From the NCBI GenBank assembly GCA_009783145.1, contig WRHR01000004.1, positions 3,691-67,690 on the forward strand: a stretch of 64,000 nucleotides of DNA, in the 5' to 3' direction. Every line of letters begins with the position of its first letter. Position 1 is the stretch's first letter. Both the position numbers and the translations under genes were made by a program. Of the stretch, positions 1 through 8,717 are shown piece after piece. The stretch comes from Alphaproteobacteria bacterium (GTDB lineage Bacteria > Pseudomonadota > Alphaproteobacteria > Rs-D84). The notes below the pieces were generated by a model. It was not told the DNA's origin and did no database searches. It saw only the letters and a program-made list of their open reading frames with translations.

Positions 1-164
1 AATGCTGAATTTGCTTCCGCTACATTGGCACCTATGCTAGTTCCAGAGCGAAGCACTTGTTTAGATATTACAAATTCTTTCTTTTCTTTGCATAAATACT
101 TATACATATTTATTATTCTGGTGGCAAATTTTTTGCTCTTAAGATGCAAAACTTTTTCTTTCAT
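1..164 (-). CDS. Four-helix-bundle protein (23S rRNA IVP / Avd-like family), partial, runs off the window start
   Basis: Manual translation from ATG at 164: MKEKVLHLKSKKFATRIINMYKYLCKEKKEFVISKQVLRSGTSIGANVAEANSA. QxLRSGTSIGANxAEA is the family hallmark. Not in the ORF track. Confidence 0.9.
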   Translation of the reverse strand, partial: MKEKVLHLKSKKFATRIINMYKYLCKEKKEFVISKQVLRSGTSIGANVAEANSA

Positions 165-183
165 AAAACCCGCCGATCTAAAA

Positions 184-218
184 CACTATACACTTTACAC
201 TATACATTATACACTAGT
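184..218. repeat. Heptamer array (CACTATA)x5, degenerate
   Basis: cactata cacttta cactata cattata cactagt; contains the virB4 stop codon. Confidence 0.85.
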
Positions 219-2627
219 TTTCTTCAAATATTCTTCAACAAACTGATTGCCCATGGTTTTATAAAGTTCTTCCGCCAAAAGAACCGACGAACGCCCCGAT
301 TCGAACAATCTCAGCAAGCTGCCCAGCCCGCCCAATTCCGTATTCAGAATTACAGATTCTCCGTTCACTGGTCGGGACAGCAGCACGGCGCGCTTCAGTG
401 TCGGGTAAGCTTTGCCCTGTATAAATGCCATTTCCAGCGGGTTCAGCTTCCAATGCTCGTAATCCGCGCTGTCCGCCGCAGGATTGCGGAAGAACAATAC
501 TGTTTGCGCCTGGCCGCGCACAACATCGCCTATCCCCAGCTTGTCCAACACGTTCGCGCGCTGGAACGCCGCCATATACGCCTGCCTGTTTTTGCGACCC
601 TCTTGCAGCCCCACTATAAAATTCTCGCGGAACATTTTGTTTTCCAGCATCGGCGCGGTTTCGTCTATCATAATCAGCGCCGGATTCCCTCCCGACACCG
701 TGGCCGTGTTTATTCTATGCAGAATATAGGAAATCACCGCCGGCGCCAAGGTCTCGTCCTGCAGCACCTCGGTAAAGTCAAACGTAGTAAGGCGCGAGAA
801 CAGGTCCAGAGTATCCTTGTCTTCATTAAACACGCTTCCGTATTGAAGGTCGTCAACCCATTGCTTCAACGCCGGGCGCATCTTGCCGTCGGATGCAAAG
901 CAAGACACCCACAGGTTTTTAAGCTTTCTCTGCTTGTCGTCCAGGTAATCGAAACTCACAGAAACCGCACGCGCAATTTCATCCAACGATTGCGGGTCGG
1001 ACTGTCCCGAAAGCATCATCAGCCAGCGCCGCAGAAAAGCGCGGTTCGCGTCGGTATCGTCCAGCTTGAACGGATTCAACTGAGTCTCGAACCCGGCTTC
1101 TATCTTGTCTTTGGATTTGCTGGCGAATGTCAGGTATTTTCCACCGGTGGCAAGAGTAAATATCTCGGCGCCGCGATTGCGGTCAAAGAAGAACGCTTTT
1201 AATTTAGGATGCCGCAGGGATTGCGCGATAAGGAAAGAGAACAATGTGGTCTTTCCGCCCCCGGTCGGACCGATTGTAAGAGTATGCGCGACGGCTGCCT
1301 GGGCATCAGAGACATGGAATTGAAACTGATACGGAGTTCCCTGCGCCGTCGGAAATACCACCAAAGGCCCCGGTCCCCAATCGGAATTCGCAACCCCGGT
1401 CGGCGCGCTGGACAAGGGAAAGCTGGTCGCCGCGGTCATCGACAACAGCTTGAACGACCGCGGGAACACATCGAATCCCGGCATCAGCGAAAAGAACGAT
1501 GCTTTGGCCGCAAAATTTTCTATTACAGGTGAAATGCCGAACCCGGCGCAAACCTTATTAAAATCCGCTATATGCCCGGCCAGCTCTTCAGGCGTATTGC
1601 CGGACAGGACGAACAGCGGATAATAATCCACCAGGCTCTGGCTGCCCGTAACATTCTCGTCCATGGAGTACAGGGCTTCGCCGATCTGCTGGGCGGCGAC
1701 ATCCTCGCTTTCGCTTTTGTTGGAGTCGCTGCTGGCCATCTTCTGCCGGATTATAGTTTCGGTTTTCGCGGCCCCCAGGACGTTGAATGCGTTCATGCAT
1801 ATCAGCTCGGTCTGTATCGTTCCAATCGCGTCGAAAAAGTCCTCGTCCATAAAATCCGGCGAGGTCTTGAATGATGCCAACGCCAGATGTTTTTCCGCCA
1901 TGCCGTGCGAGACCTTGATAATCCCGTTTCCGCCAAATGAAATTTCATCTGTAGTCATCATGCTTGACATGTTCTGATCGGTGCGGAAGACCGCCGGCTT
2001 TGAAACAGGCGATAAAATCCGCGAATACAGCGACGCAAAATTCTTGACCGAGTTGTGTTTTAACAAAACTGGTTTGTATGCGGCGAGTATGGATTCCAGA
2101 TAAGTGGAAACTTGGGCCATTTTATCTACGGCCCCCAGCCCGCGGATACTGATGACCGCATAATATGAGTTTTTGAAAATCTTCAAGCCCTGGCTGTTCC
2201 ACTTGTCGCTTATTTTTTGCAATACGGGCTGGTCGAACTCATAATCGGTCTTTTGCTCGGCCGCGTCGCGAATCATGAAAAAGCGGATCGTGACGGCCGG
2301 GTCTTTGATCTGGTTGAATAATTGGGCGCGCAGCTCCAGAAACTTCAGCTTCGTCGCATCGTCATGCATCGACGTCTGCACCCCGTCGATTTCATAAGCG
2401 CGGACGACCGAACCGTCCAAGAGCCCCACCGAGGCATTATCCGAATAAATCGATGCAAACGGCAGATAATCCGAATACTTGCGATATCCGAACTTGGGAA
2501 GAACCATTTTCGATAACAGGCCCGAGTACAAATACATGACTATGAAAAAGAACACAACCACGCCGGCCATAACGAACGTTGTCGGCGAGTATATGTCGGA
2601 TACGAAAAAATTCAGCATATCTTGCAC
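207..2627 (-). CDS. virB4: Type IV secretion ATPase VirB4
   Basis: 806 aa; Walker A GPTGGGKT, FFDRNRG motif, Walker B IMIDE; follows virB3. Confidence 0.9.
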   Translation of the reverse strand: MQDMLNFFVSDIYSPTTFVMAGVVVFFFIVMYLYSGLLSKMVLPKFGYRKYSDYLPFASIYSDNASVGLLDGSVVRAYEIDGVQTSMHDDATKLKFLELRAQLFNQIKDPAVTIRFFMIRDAAEQKTDYEFDQPVLQKISDKWNSQGLKIFKNSYYAVISIRGLGAVDKMAQVSTYLESILAAYKPVLLKHNSVKNFASLYSRILSPVSKPAVFRTDQNMSSMMTTDEISFGGNGIIKVSHGMAEKHLALASFKTSPDFMDEDFFDAIGTIQTELICMNAFNVLGAAKTETIIRQKMASSDSNKSESEDVAAQQIGEALYSMDENVTGSQSLVDYYPLFVLSGNTPEELAGHIADFNKVCAGFGISPVIENFAAKASFFSLMPGFDVFPRSFKLLSMTAATSFPLSSAPTGVANSDWGPGPLVVFPTAQGTPYQFQFHVSDAQAAVAHTLTIGPTGGGKTTLFSFLIAQSLRHPKLKAFFFDRNRGAEIFTLATGGKYLTFASKSKDKIEAGFETQLNPFKLDDTDANRAFLRRWLMMLSGQSDPQSLDEIARAVSVSFDYLDDKQRKLKNLWVSCFASDGKMRPALKQWVDDLQYGSVFNEDKDTLDLFSRLTTFDFTEVLQDETLAPAVISYILHRINTATVSGGNPALIMIDETAPMLENKMFRENFIVGLQEGRKNRQAYMAAFQRANVLDKLGIGDVVRGQAQTVLFFRNPAADSADYEHWKLNPLEMAFIQGKAYPTLKRAVLLSRPVNGESVILNTELGGLGSLLRLFESGRSSVLLAEELYKTMGNQFVEEYLKKTSV

Positions 2628-2631
2628 TGTT

Positions 2632-2964
2632 TCAAACTCTTAATGTTTTAGGTACGAATTTCCACAACATGTTTATCTTGGACAGAATGATTTGCATCAG
2701 CTGAGGTTCTTTTTTGGAATACGCCATCAGGATAAAATGAACCGCAACAACAGATAAAAGAAAATACAGCGGATCAACCGGCATTTTGTATTCTCCGCCC
2801 GACCCGGCCAAAGAAACAGAAAATCCTATGATGGTAATAATGATAAATATAAGAAATTGAACAATGAAATTCAGCAGCGCAAGGTTATAGGGCACATAAA
2901 ATATGCGCGCTGGATTCGCCAAAGCTTTCAATACTTGCTGCCGCAAATAATAATCAATAATCAA
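2632..2964 (-). CDS. virB3: VirB3 family T4SS membrane protein (start may be TTG at 2946)
   Basis: KALANPARIFYVPY motif, two TM segments, KKEP motif; directly upstream of virB4. Confidence 0.75.
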   Translation of the reverse strand: MIIDYYLRQQVLKALANPARIFYVPYNLALLNFIVQFLIFIIITIIGFSVSLAGSGGEYKMPVDPLYFLLSVVAVHFILMAYSKKEPQLMQIILSKINMLWKFVPKTLRV

Positions 2965-2997
2965 TAATCAGTAACCGATAATTACTGCGCTGATTAT
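2951..2997. repeat. Heptamer array (TAATCAA)x4-5 with one inverted unit
   Basis: taatcaa taatcaa taatcag taaccga taattac ... tgattat. Confidence 0.7.
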
Positions 2998-3018
2998 TCC
3001 CTCCGTTATTCATTCAAG

Positions 3019-3282
3019 ATTCTAACAAAATTTCTTCGTTTTCAACAAGCACAAAATGAAAGCGTCCCATTTTGTTAAAAACAGCAAAAAATCCTTGTTT
3101 TTTAACCTGTTTATTACTTTTTCCGCTTTTTAACAAAATTCTCAAACGCCGCGAAAAAGTGGATGTTTTTTGTTGAAAACCAGTTGATAAGATTTTTAAA
3201 TCCGTTTTTAACAATCCTGACAGGCACAATAACATAAACAATAGATATAGATTGATTTGGTTTTTCAAACGAGTGTTGAAAT
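3019..3282. promoter_or_regulatory. AT-rich cluster of TTTTYAACA-like 9-mers (DnaA-box-like)
   Basis: About 9 copies on both strands at 3019, 3039, 3073, 3099, 3127, 3171, 3182, 3205, 3274. Confidence 0.45.
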
Positions 3283-3283
3283 A

Positions 3284-3304
3284 AAAATCCCCGCAACGCG
3301 GGGA
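3284..3304 (-). terminator. Intrinsic terminator after rpmJ
   Basis: tccccgc aac gcgggga hairpin with a T tract on the minus strand. Confidence 0.65.
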
Positions 3305-3323
3305 GGGATAAACAATGATAACC

Positions 3324-3455
3324 TTACCGTTTAAAGCCCTGTTTGGCTTTAAATTTCGGTTTTTCGGGATCTATCAGTATAACCTGCTTTCCGCGACGAA
3401 TTTGTTTTATGTTGCCGCGTTTTTTCCATCCCTTAAGAGAACTTAAAAATTTCAT
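3324..3455 (-). CDS. rpmJ: 50S ribosomal protein L36, type B (zinc-free)
   Basis: Manual translation: MKFLSSLKGWKKRGNIKQIRRGKQVILIDPEKPKFKAKQGFKR; PxFKAxQG motif; AAGGA RBS; below the ORF-track cutoff. Confidence 0.85.
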   Translation of the reverse strand: MKFLSSLKGWKKRGNIKQIRRGKQVILIDPEKPKFKAKQGFKR

Positions 3456-3464
3456 ATCTAGTCC

Positions 3465-3683
3465 TTATAGTATTTTTGTTTTTTTGTCCGCCGCCCAATA
3501 TAAACCCGCGGCACCCCGTATGTTTCCAATTTCCAATTCTTTTAAAATCTGTTTTTCTTTATCGCTTGTTTGAAACTCTGTGTTTCTCGCAATCACAACG
3601 CTAAGCGGAATCAGCGCAAGAATAACAGCATCCCGGACACTAAGGACACAAATTTTCAAAAGAGCTTTAATTTCCCGTTTCAT
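3465..3683 (-). CDS. Small hypothetical membrane protein
   Basis: 72 aa ORF, co-oriented with neighbours, one hydrophobic segment. Confidence 0.5.
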   Translation of the reverse strand: MKREIKALLKICVLSVRDAVILALIPLSVVIARNTEFQTSDKEKQILKELEIGNIRGAAGLYWAADKKTKIL

Positions 3684-3702
3684 AGTTGGGGTTGATTATA
3701 TC

Positions 3703-4389
3703 TTAGAAATTATCGTTTGTAAAGGCCTCGGTTAAAACTTTTTTGATCTCGCTGCCAGATAGGCCGGCGGTGCGCAAATATTCAACCTGGGCGTTGCTCT
3801 CGCGCCAAATGGATGCCGAGTGCGCGGCGCTTGATGGCGCTGCGCCTATGCGCTGCGCCGGCGAAAACTGGATTTTGGCATCCGGTGCCGCCAAGGCGGT
3901 GAAACCGATATCGGATTCGCAAGATTCGCATCCTTGTGCGATTTCTGCGGCACCGTATAACTTTGATTCAGAACCGGCATGCGCAACAATTTTGTTATTA
4001 AGAAAAACACCGGCCTTTTCTGCAAAATGGCCGGCTTTTTCGTTAATTTCAAGAACCCCATAATTCTGAACCAAAATTTTGCCGTTAAAAACAGAATTTT
4101 TCCCGGTGTTTTTGATAAAAACATTCAAAAAGGCCGGCTTTTTATTTGTGGTTTTTACTGTCAGAAACACAGTGGCGTCTGGGGCCGAGATTTCGCAATT
4201 TATATCAAAAAGGCCGGCAATTTCACCAACACAGATGATATGAACCGGCAGATCGTGTTTTTTCGTAATTTTCAAACTATTGGGCAGAGTTGATAATTCC
4301 GGCATAAAAACTCCGTCGCGGAAAACGATCGTTTCCGCCGGAAAAGTTTTAATGCTGAATTCATCCCAAAGGTATTGCATATAAGACAC
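3703..4389 (-). CDS. SufD-like Fe-S assembly protein (short, standalone)
   Basis: beta-helix-like body with C-terminal AAHSASI...YLRTAGL...EAF resembling SufB/D. Confidence 0.6.
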   Translation of the reverse strand: MSYMQYLWDEFSIKTFPAETIVFRDGVFMPELSTLPNSLKITKKHDLPVHIICVGEIAGLFDINCEISAPDATVFLTVKTTNKKPAFLNVFIKNTGKNSVFNGKILVQNYGVLEINEKAGHFAEKAGVFLNNKIVAHAGSESKLYGAAEIAQGCESCESDIGFTALAAPDAKIQFSPAQRIGAAPSSAAHSASIWRESNAQVEYLRTAGLSGSEIKKVLTEAFTNDNF

Positions 4390-4399
4390 TTTGAATGTA

Positions 4400-4427
4400 T
4401 TATAACTTATAATTTATAATTTATAAC
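4400..4427. repeat. Heptamer array (TTATAAY)x4 in a divergent promoter region
   Basis: ttataac ttataat ttataat ttataac. Confidence 0.8.
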
Positions 4428-4449
4428 TAAAAAACCGAAGGTTTTTTCA

Positions 4450-5532
4450 ATGGGTTTCAATTGCGGAATTGTGGGGCTGCCGAATGTCGGAAAATCCACG
4501 CTTTTTAACGCTCTGACGGCAACGCAAGCCGCGGCGGCGCAGAATTATCCTTTCTGCACCATAGAGCCCAATACCGGGAAAGTGATCGTGCCGGACGAAA
4601 CGCTTGAGAAATTGGCCGTGGTCGCAAAATCGCAGAAAATCATACCAACGCAAATGGAGATAGTGGATATCGCGGGCTTGGTCAAAGGCGCATCTGCCGG
4701 CGAAGGTTTGGGCAACAAATTTCTTGGGCATATACAAGCGGTGGACGCAATAATACATGTCGTAAGATGTTTTGAAAATGATGATATAACGCATGTTTCC
4801 GGCCGGATTGACCCTCTGGACGATATCGCAACAATTGAAACAGAGTTAATGCTAGCGGATTTAGAGTCTCTGGAAAAACAAATCGCCAATCTGACCAAAA
4901 AGGCCCGCGGCCAAGATAAAGAAGCAATCAAGCAACTGGAAATCGCAGAAAAGATAAAAGCCGGGTTAGAACAAGGGATTCCTGCGCGTAAAATTTTCAA
5001 TTTTCAATTTTCAATTTTCAATTTGCTTACGGAAAAGCCGGTTATTTACGTCTGCAACGTTGACGAGGCGTCCGCCGCAATCGGCAATAGGTTTTCTTCG
5101 GCTGTTGCGGAAAAATACGGCGAGGAGGCAAAGGTCTTGGTGATTTCTGGCCAAGTAGAAATGGAAATCGCGCAAATAGCGGACTTGGGGGAAAGGAAAA
5201 TCTTTTTGGACGATTTGGGGTTGAAAGAATCCGGTCTTGATAAAGTCGTTAAGACGGGGTACGAAACGTTGGGTTTACAAACGTTTTATACGGTTGGGCC
5301 GAAAGAAGCGCATGCTTGGACGATAACAGTTGGGATGACCGCGCCGCAGGCGGCGGGGAAGATCCATACTGATTTCGAAAAGGGATTCATAAGGGCGGAA
5401 ATCATAACACCGGCGGATTATCTGGCATTGGGCAGTGAAGTCGCGGTAAAGGAAGCAGGGAAAATGCGCCTGGTCGGTCGGGATTATATAGTCCAGCCCG
5501 GCGACATATGTCATTTTTTGTTTAATAATTAA
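4450..5532 (+). CDS. ychF: Redox-regulated ATPase YchF
   Basis: GIVGLPNVGKST, NYPFCTIEPN, DIAGLV, IHTDFEKGFIRAE. Confidence 0.97.
   Translation: MGFNCGIVGLPNVGKSTLFNALTATQAAAAQNYPFCTIEPNTGKVIVPDETLEKLAVVAKSQKIIPTQMEIVDIAGLVKGASAGEGLGNKFLGHIQAVDAIIHVVRCFENDDITHVSGRIDPLDDIATIETELMLADLESLEKQIANLTKKARGQDKEAIKQLEIAEKIKAGLEQGIPARKIFNFQFSIFNLLTEKPVIYVCNVDEASAAIGNRFSSAVAEKYGEEAKVLVISGQVEMEIAQIADLGERKIFLDDLGLKESGLDKVVKTGYETLGLQTFYTVGPKEAHAWTITVGMTAPQAAGKIHTDFEKGFIRAEIITPADYLALGSEVAVKEAGKMRLVGRDYIVQPGDICHFLFNN
4994..5021 (+). repeat. In-frame heptamer array (TTTTCAA)x4 in ychF
   Basis: Four perfect units; encodes IFNFQFSIFN. Confidence 0.9.
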
Positions 5533-5587
5533 TAGGTTCTTTTTAAAAATTTGACAGAAGAAAGCAGTATGTTATGATTGCCCGGCA

Positions 5588-6502
5588 ATGATGCCGAACT
5601 TTCCGAATATTCTTTCAAGTTATAATCCTGATACAGACTTTGACTTATTGGAGTCCTTGAAGCGTCCGGGTTGTTACCGATGGAACAAGGGCGTGGAGCT
5701 ATATCAGACCGGTCTGCCTGTATATGAGATGATGCTGATAAACCCCAAGGATTCCGACGATGAAATTATGAAAGGTGTTTCGGAATTCATGCGCCGTTAT
5801 AAGTCGGCGGGAAGCAAGCTCTTTGTTGTTCGCCCTGATGCGGCCGAACCCTGGAAAATACCTCCGCCGTCTAATTCGGCGGTTACGGAAACGAACGGCG
5901 AGGCCCTGAAAACCATCCGTGCGACCATAGATCAGGGTTTTACGCCAAGCCTTTGGGCGCTGGGCGATTATCGCGCGAACCGATTGGGTTCCACTGCCGT
6001 ATCTTTTTTGTCGCCGGACAAGATAATGATTGAAATGGTTGGTCCTGGTCACGATGTCGCCAGCATAGCCAAAAACATTACTACGCCCCCGATAATAATA
6101 ACCATGAAAAGCTTCGCGCCGCCGCTGATGGAGTTGAACCTGTCGCATTTGCGGTTTTATATCGACATCCGCGACGAAGCGCAGACTTTATCAAAAGACG
6201 AGCTGGGGCCTGCCCGTGCCGAGCGCCGAAAGCTGCGTATAGAATGGCTGGCGAAGACTTATAAAATGTCGGTAAATGAATTTGTTTCTTATGCGCGCGG
6301 CATGGGTTGGAACAATTTGTTCGAAGGCGAAGCGGAATTGGATTTCGCACAGATAGAGAAATTATTTAAGCTTGCGATTAAATACGCGCAATTCAAACAT
6401 TTGCACAATTTGAAATTTGCGGGCGACACATTGGGGCTTTCGCGTTGTCGCGGTTCAGGCTGGATCATAGATAACGCGTGGGATAGTGAAAAGTACAAAT
6501 AA
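5588..6502 (+). CDS. Hypothetical protein
   Basis: 304 aa ORF; upstream TTGACA-17-TATGAT promoter; no family recognised. Confidence 0.7.
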   Translation: MMPNFPNILSSYNPDTDFDLLESLKRPGCYRWNKGVELYQTGLPVYEMMLINPKDSDDEIMKGVSEFMRRYKSAGSKLFVVRPDAAEPWKIPPPSNSAVTETNGEALKTIRATIDQGFTPSLWALGDYRANRLGSTAVSFLSPDKIMIEMVGPGHDVASIAKNITTPPIIITMKSFAPPLMELNLSHLRFYIDIRDEAQTLSKDELGPARAERRKLRIEWLAKTYKMSVNEFVSYARGMGWNNLFEGEAELDFAQIEKLFKLAIKYAQFKHLHNLKFAGDTLGLSRCRGSGWIIDNAWDSEKYK

Positions 6503-6506
6503 CCTG

Positions 6507-8135
6507 TTATGCTTCGGATAGCTTATTAAGCTTTTCTTGTGTCGCGGCGATTTCCGAATCCAGCTTTTTCGCGCGGCTCATTGATTCTGGCGTCATTTCT
6601 TTCAGCGCGGTCGCGCGGTCTGCGTTCAAGTTGCCGATATAATTTTTCAGTTTTAACGCGACGATGAATTTCTCCGCGTCTGTTTCGGATAAGGGACAAA
6701 CGGCTCCAGCCGTTGCATTATCAAAATTAATCCCCAGTTTAATCAAAAACTCCGAATGTTTTTCAATTAACTCTGGATACGCTGCAGAAATTTCTGATAA
6801 TTGTTTTTGCACAATAGCATCAACTTTCGGCATTGTTGCGCTTTCTTGCCCGCCGGAGCCTTGGCGAAGGCGGGTCCACTTGTGCCATTCGTTGAATTTT
6901 CGCTGGTCGTATTCCTGCCGGAATTCGTTTTTAAGATTGGGGTCGGATATTTTTTCGGTCTCGGCCCGCAGAAACTTTTCTGCCTGTGTCCTGCCTCCTG
7001 GCGTTTTAACCAAGTAATTCGTATTCGCCATCTGCCACAGGAAATCCACCAATGGAACTGCAGATTTTATAACATCTTCCATTATCTTTTTCCCATCGGT
7101 CTTGCGCAAGATATCATCTGGGTCTTTCCCGCCCGCGACGAACGCGAACCGGATATCGGAATTGTCGCGCAGCAGAGGCATTACCAGCCCGGCGGCGCGC
7201 GCGGCGGCCTTTTGCCCCGCGCCGTCGCCGTCAAAACAGAAGGTTATATTGCGGTTATGCTTGCACAGAATTTGCAAGTGGTCTTCGGTCAAAGCTGTGC
7301 CCAGCGGCGCGACGGTTTCCGGAAAACCATGAGTCTGCATCTGGATTGCGTCAATTTGGCCTTCTACGACGATGCTGCGGTTTGCGCGATGAATCGCATC
7401 GCGCGCATAAAACAGCCCGAACACTGTCGCGCGCTTGTGAAACAATTCAGTATCGGAAGTGTTGATGTATTTCGGCTCGCTGCCGTCCATAGAACGCCCG
7501 GAAAACGCGATAACTTCGCCCCGCGAATTTGTAATCGGAAACATTAGTTTATCGCGAAAGAAGTCATAAAGCCCGTAATCCCCGCGGCGGACCAATCCGG
7601 CGGCGATTAGGTTGGCTTCTTTCTGCGATGCGAATTTTGTAGAGATGATATTATTGCGCGGCGCGTAGCCCAAGCGGTATTTTTTTATCACTTCATCGGA
7701 GAACCCGCGGCCGCGAATGTATTTCAAGGCCTCGGCGCCTGCGGGCCCGAAAAGTTGTTCCTGATAGATTTTTGCCGCCAGCTCTTGAATTTCCAGATAA
7801 GATTTTTCGCGCGCGATCTGTTCGGGCGGCTTTGGCTTATAGTCCGGCAGCTTTAATCCCGCCATTTGCGCCAAATCTGCAATTGCGGATTTGAAGTCCA
7901 TATTGTTGGACTTCATAACGAACGAGATTATGTCGCCATGCTCGCCGCAGCCGAAGCAATGATAGAATCCCTTTTGCTCGTTAACGGAGAACGATGGAGT
8001 TTTCTCGCCGTGAAAAGGACAGCGTCCCCAAAAATTCTGGCCTTTTTTGGTCAAAGGCACACGCCGCCCGACGACATCAACGATTGACAGCCGCTGGCGA
8101 AGTTCATCTGTAAAATTATTGTTAAATCCGGCCAT
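6507..8135 (-). CDS. dnaG: DNA primase
   Basis: CPFH...CFGC zinc finger, PKYINT, VEGQID, FDGD TOPRIM. Confidence 0.97.
   Translation of the reverse strand: MAGFNNNFTDELRQRLSIVDVVGRRVPLTKKGQNFWGRCPFHGEKTPSFSVNEQKGFYHCFGCGEHGDIISFVMKSNNMDFKSAIADLAQMAGLKLPDYKPKPPEQIAREKSYLEIQELAAKIYQEQLFGPAGAEALKYIRGRGFSDEVIKKYRLGYAPRNNIISTKFASQKEANLIAAGLVRRGDYGLYDFFRDKLMFPITNSRGEVIAFSGRSMDGSEPKYINTSDTELFHKRATVFGLFYARDAIHRANRSIVVEGQIDAIQMQTHGFPETVAPLGTALTEDHLQILCKHNRNITFCFDGDGAGQKAAARAAGLVMPLLRDNSDIRFAFVAGGKDPDDILRKTDGKKIMEDVIKSAVPLVDFLWQMANTNYLVKTPGGRTQAEKFLRAETEKISDPNLKNEFRQEYDQRKFNEWHKWTRLRQGSGGQESATMPKVDAIVQKQLSEISAAYPELIEKHSEFLIKLGINFDNATAGAVCPLSETDAEKFIVALKLKNYIGNLNADRATALKEMTPESMSRAKKLDSEIAATQEKLNKLSEA
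6845..6874. repeat. 30-bp REP-like element, family A, in frame in dnaG
   Basis: cttgcccgccggagccttggcgaaggcggg; 7 related copies in the window. Confidence 0.85.
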
Positions 8136-8177
8136 ATGAACGGATTATAGAACGGGAAATTCTAATAATCAAACGAT

Positions 8178-8603
8178 TTACATCTTTTTAGTATTCATTT
8201 CTGCTGCCAGCTCGTGAACACATGATGCAAATGTGTCATAGGCGCCGTCTTCATCCAAATATTCAATACAGGGGCAGCGTTCCGTTTTCCCGCAGTTTCC
8301 CTGATACTGCTGATAGCAGAGATTGGTTATTATGCGCGCGTTATTTATAACGGCAAAATACTGGGATGCAATCAGTCCCAGCTTCGGATTTGTTATATGC
8401 TTTGGATTTTTACAGACGAAATTATAGATTTTTTCCGAATCAATTGGAGCCTTGTTAAGCAAATCAAAATGCTTTTCCATCTTTTTGTTCAGCTCGATCG
8501 TTGCCGCCGCTACCTGCTCGTTGTATTTCGCCTTCCAACCCTCCGAATTCAAGACTTGCTTGGGCTGGTCCTTTTTAGGAAACATATTGTTTAAAATAAC
8601 CAT
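8178..8603 (-). CDS. Hypothetical Cys-containing protein
   Basis: 141 aa ORF with GAGG RBS. Confidence 0.6.
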   Translation of the reverse strand: MVILNNMFPKKDQPKQVLNSEGWKAKYNEQVAAATIELNKKMEKHFDLLNKAPIDSEKIYNFVCKNPKHITNPKLGLIASQYFAVINNARIITNLCYQQYQGNCGKTERCPCIEYLDEDGAYDTFASCVHELAAEMNTKKM

Positions 8604-8717
8604 AACTTAAACCTCTTTGCGTTTGGGAGAGACAAAGTAGCACAATAAGCTTGTATGTCAAGTCTTTTTGCGGGAAACAATAGGATTTATATAAGAATAA
8701 TTTTAAGTCAAGCGGGC

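Noticed and set aside
1..218. Diversity-generating retroelement around the Avd-like gene
   Set aside because: No reverse transcriptase or TR/VR pair is visible in the window. It cannot be excluded outside the window.
25..1202. Plus-strand ORFs of 73 and 352 aa
   Set aside because: They are antisense shadows of virB4 and the four-helix-bundle gene. HYTLYTIHYTL is simply the translated array.
3014..3296. 84-aa and 60-aa ORFs
   Set aside because: Low-complexity translations of an AT-rich motif cluster with no recognisable family.
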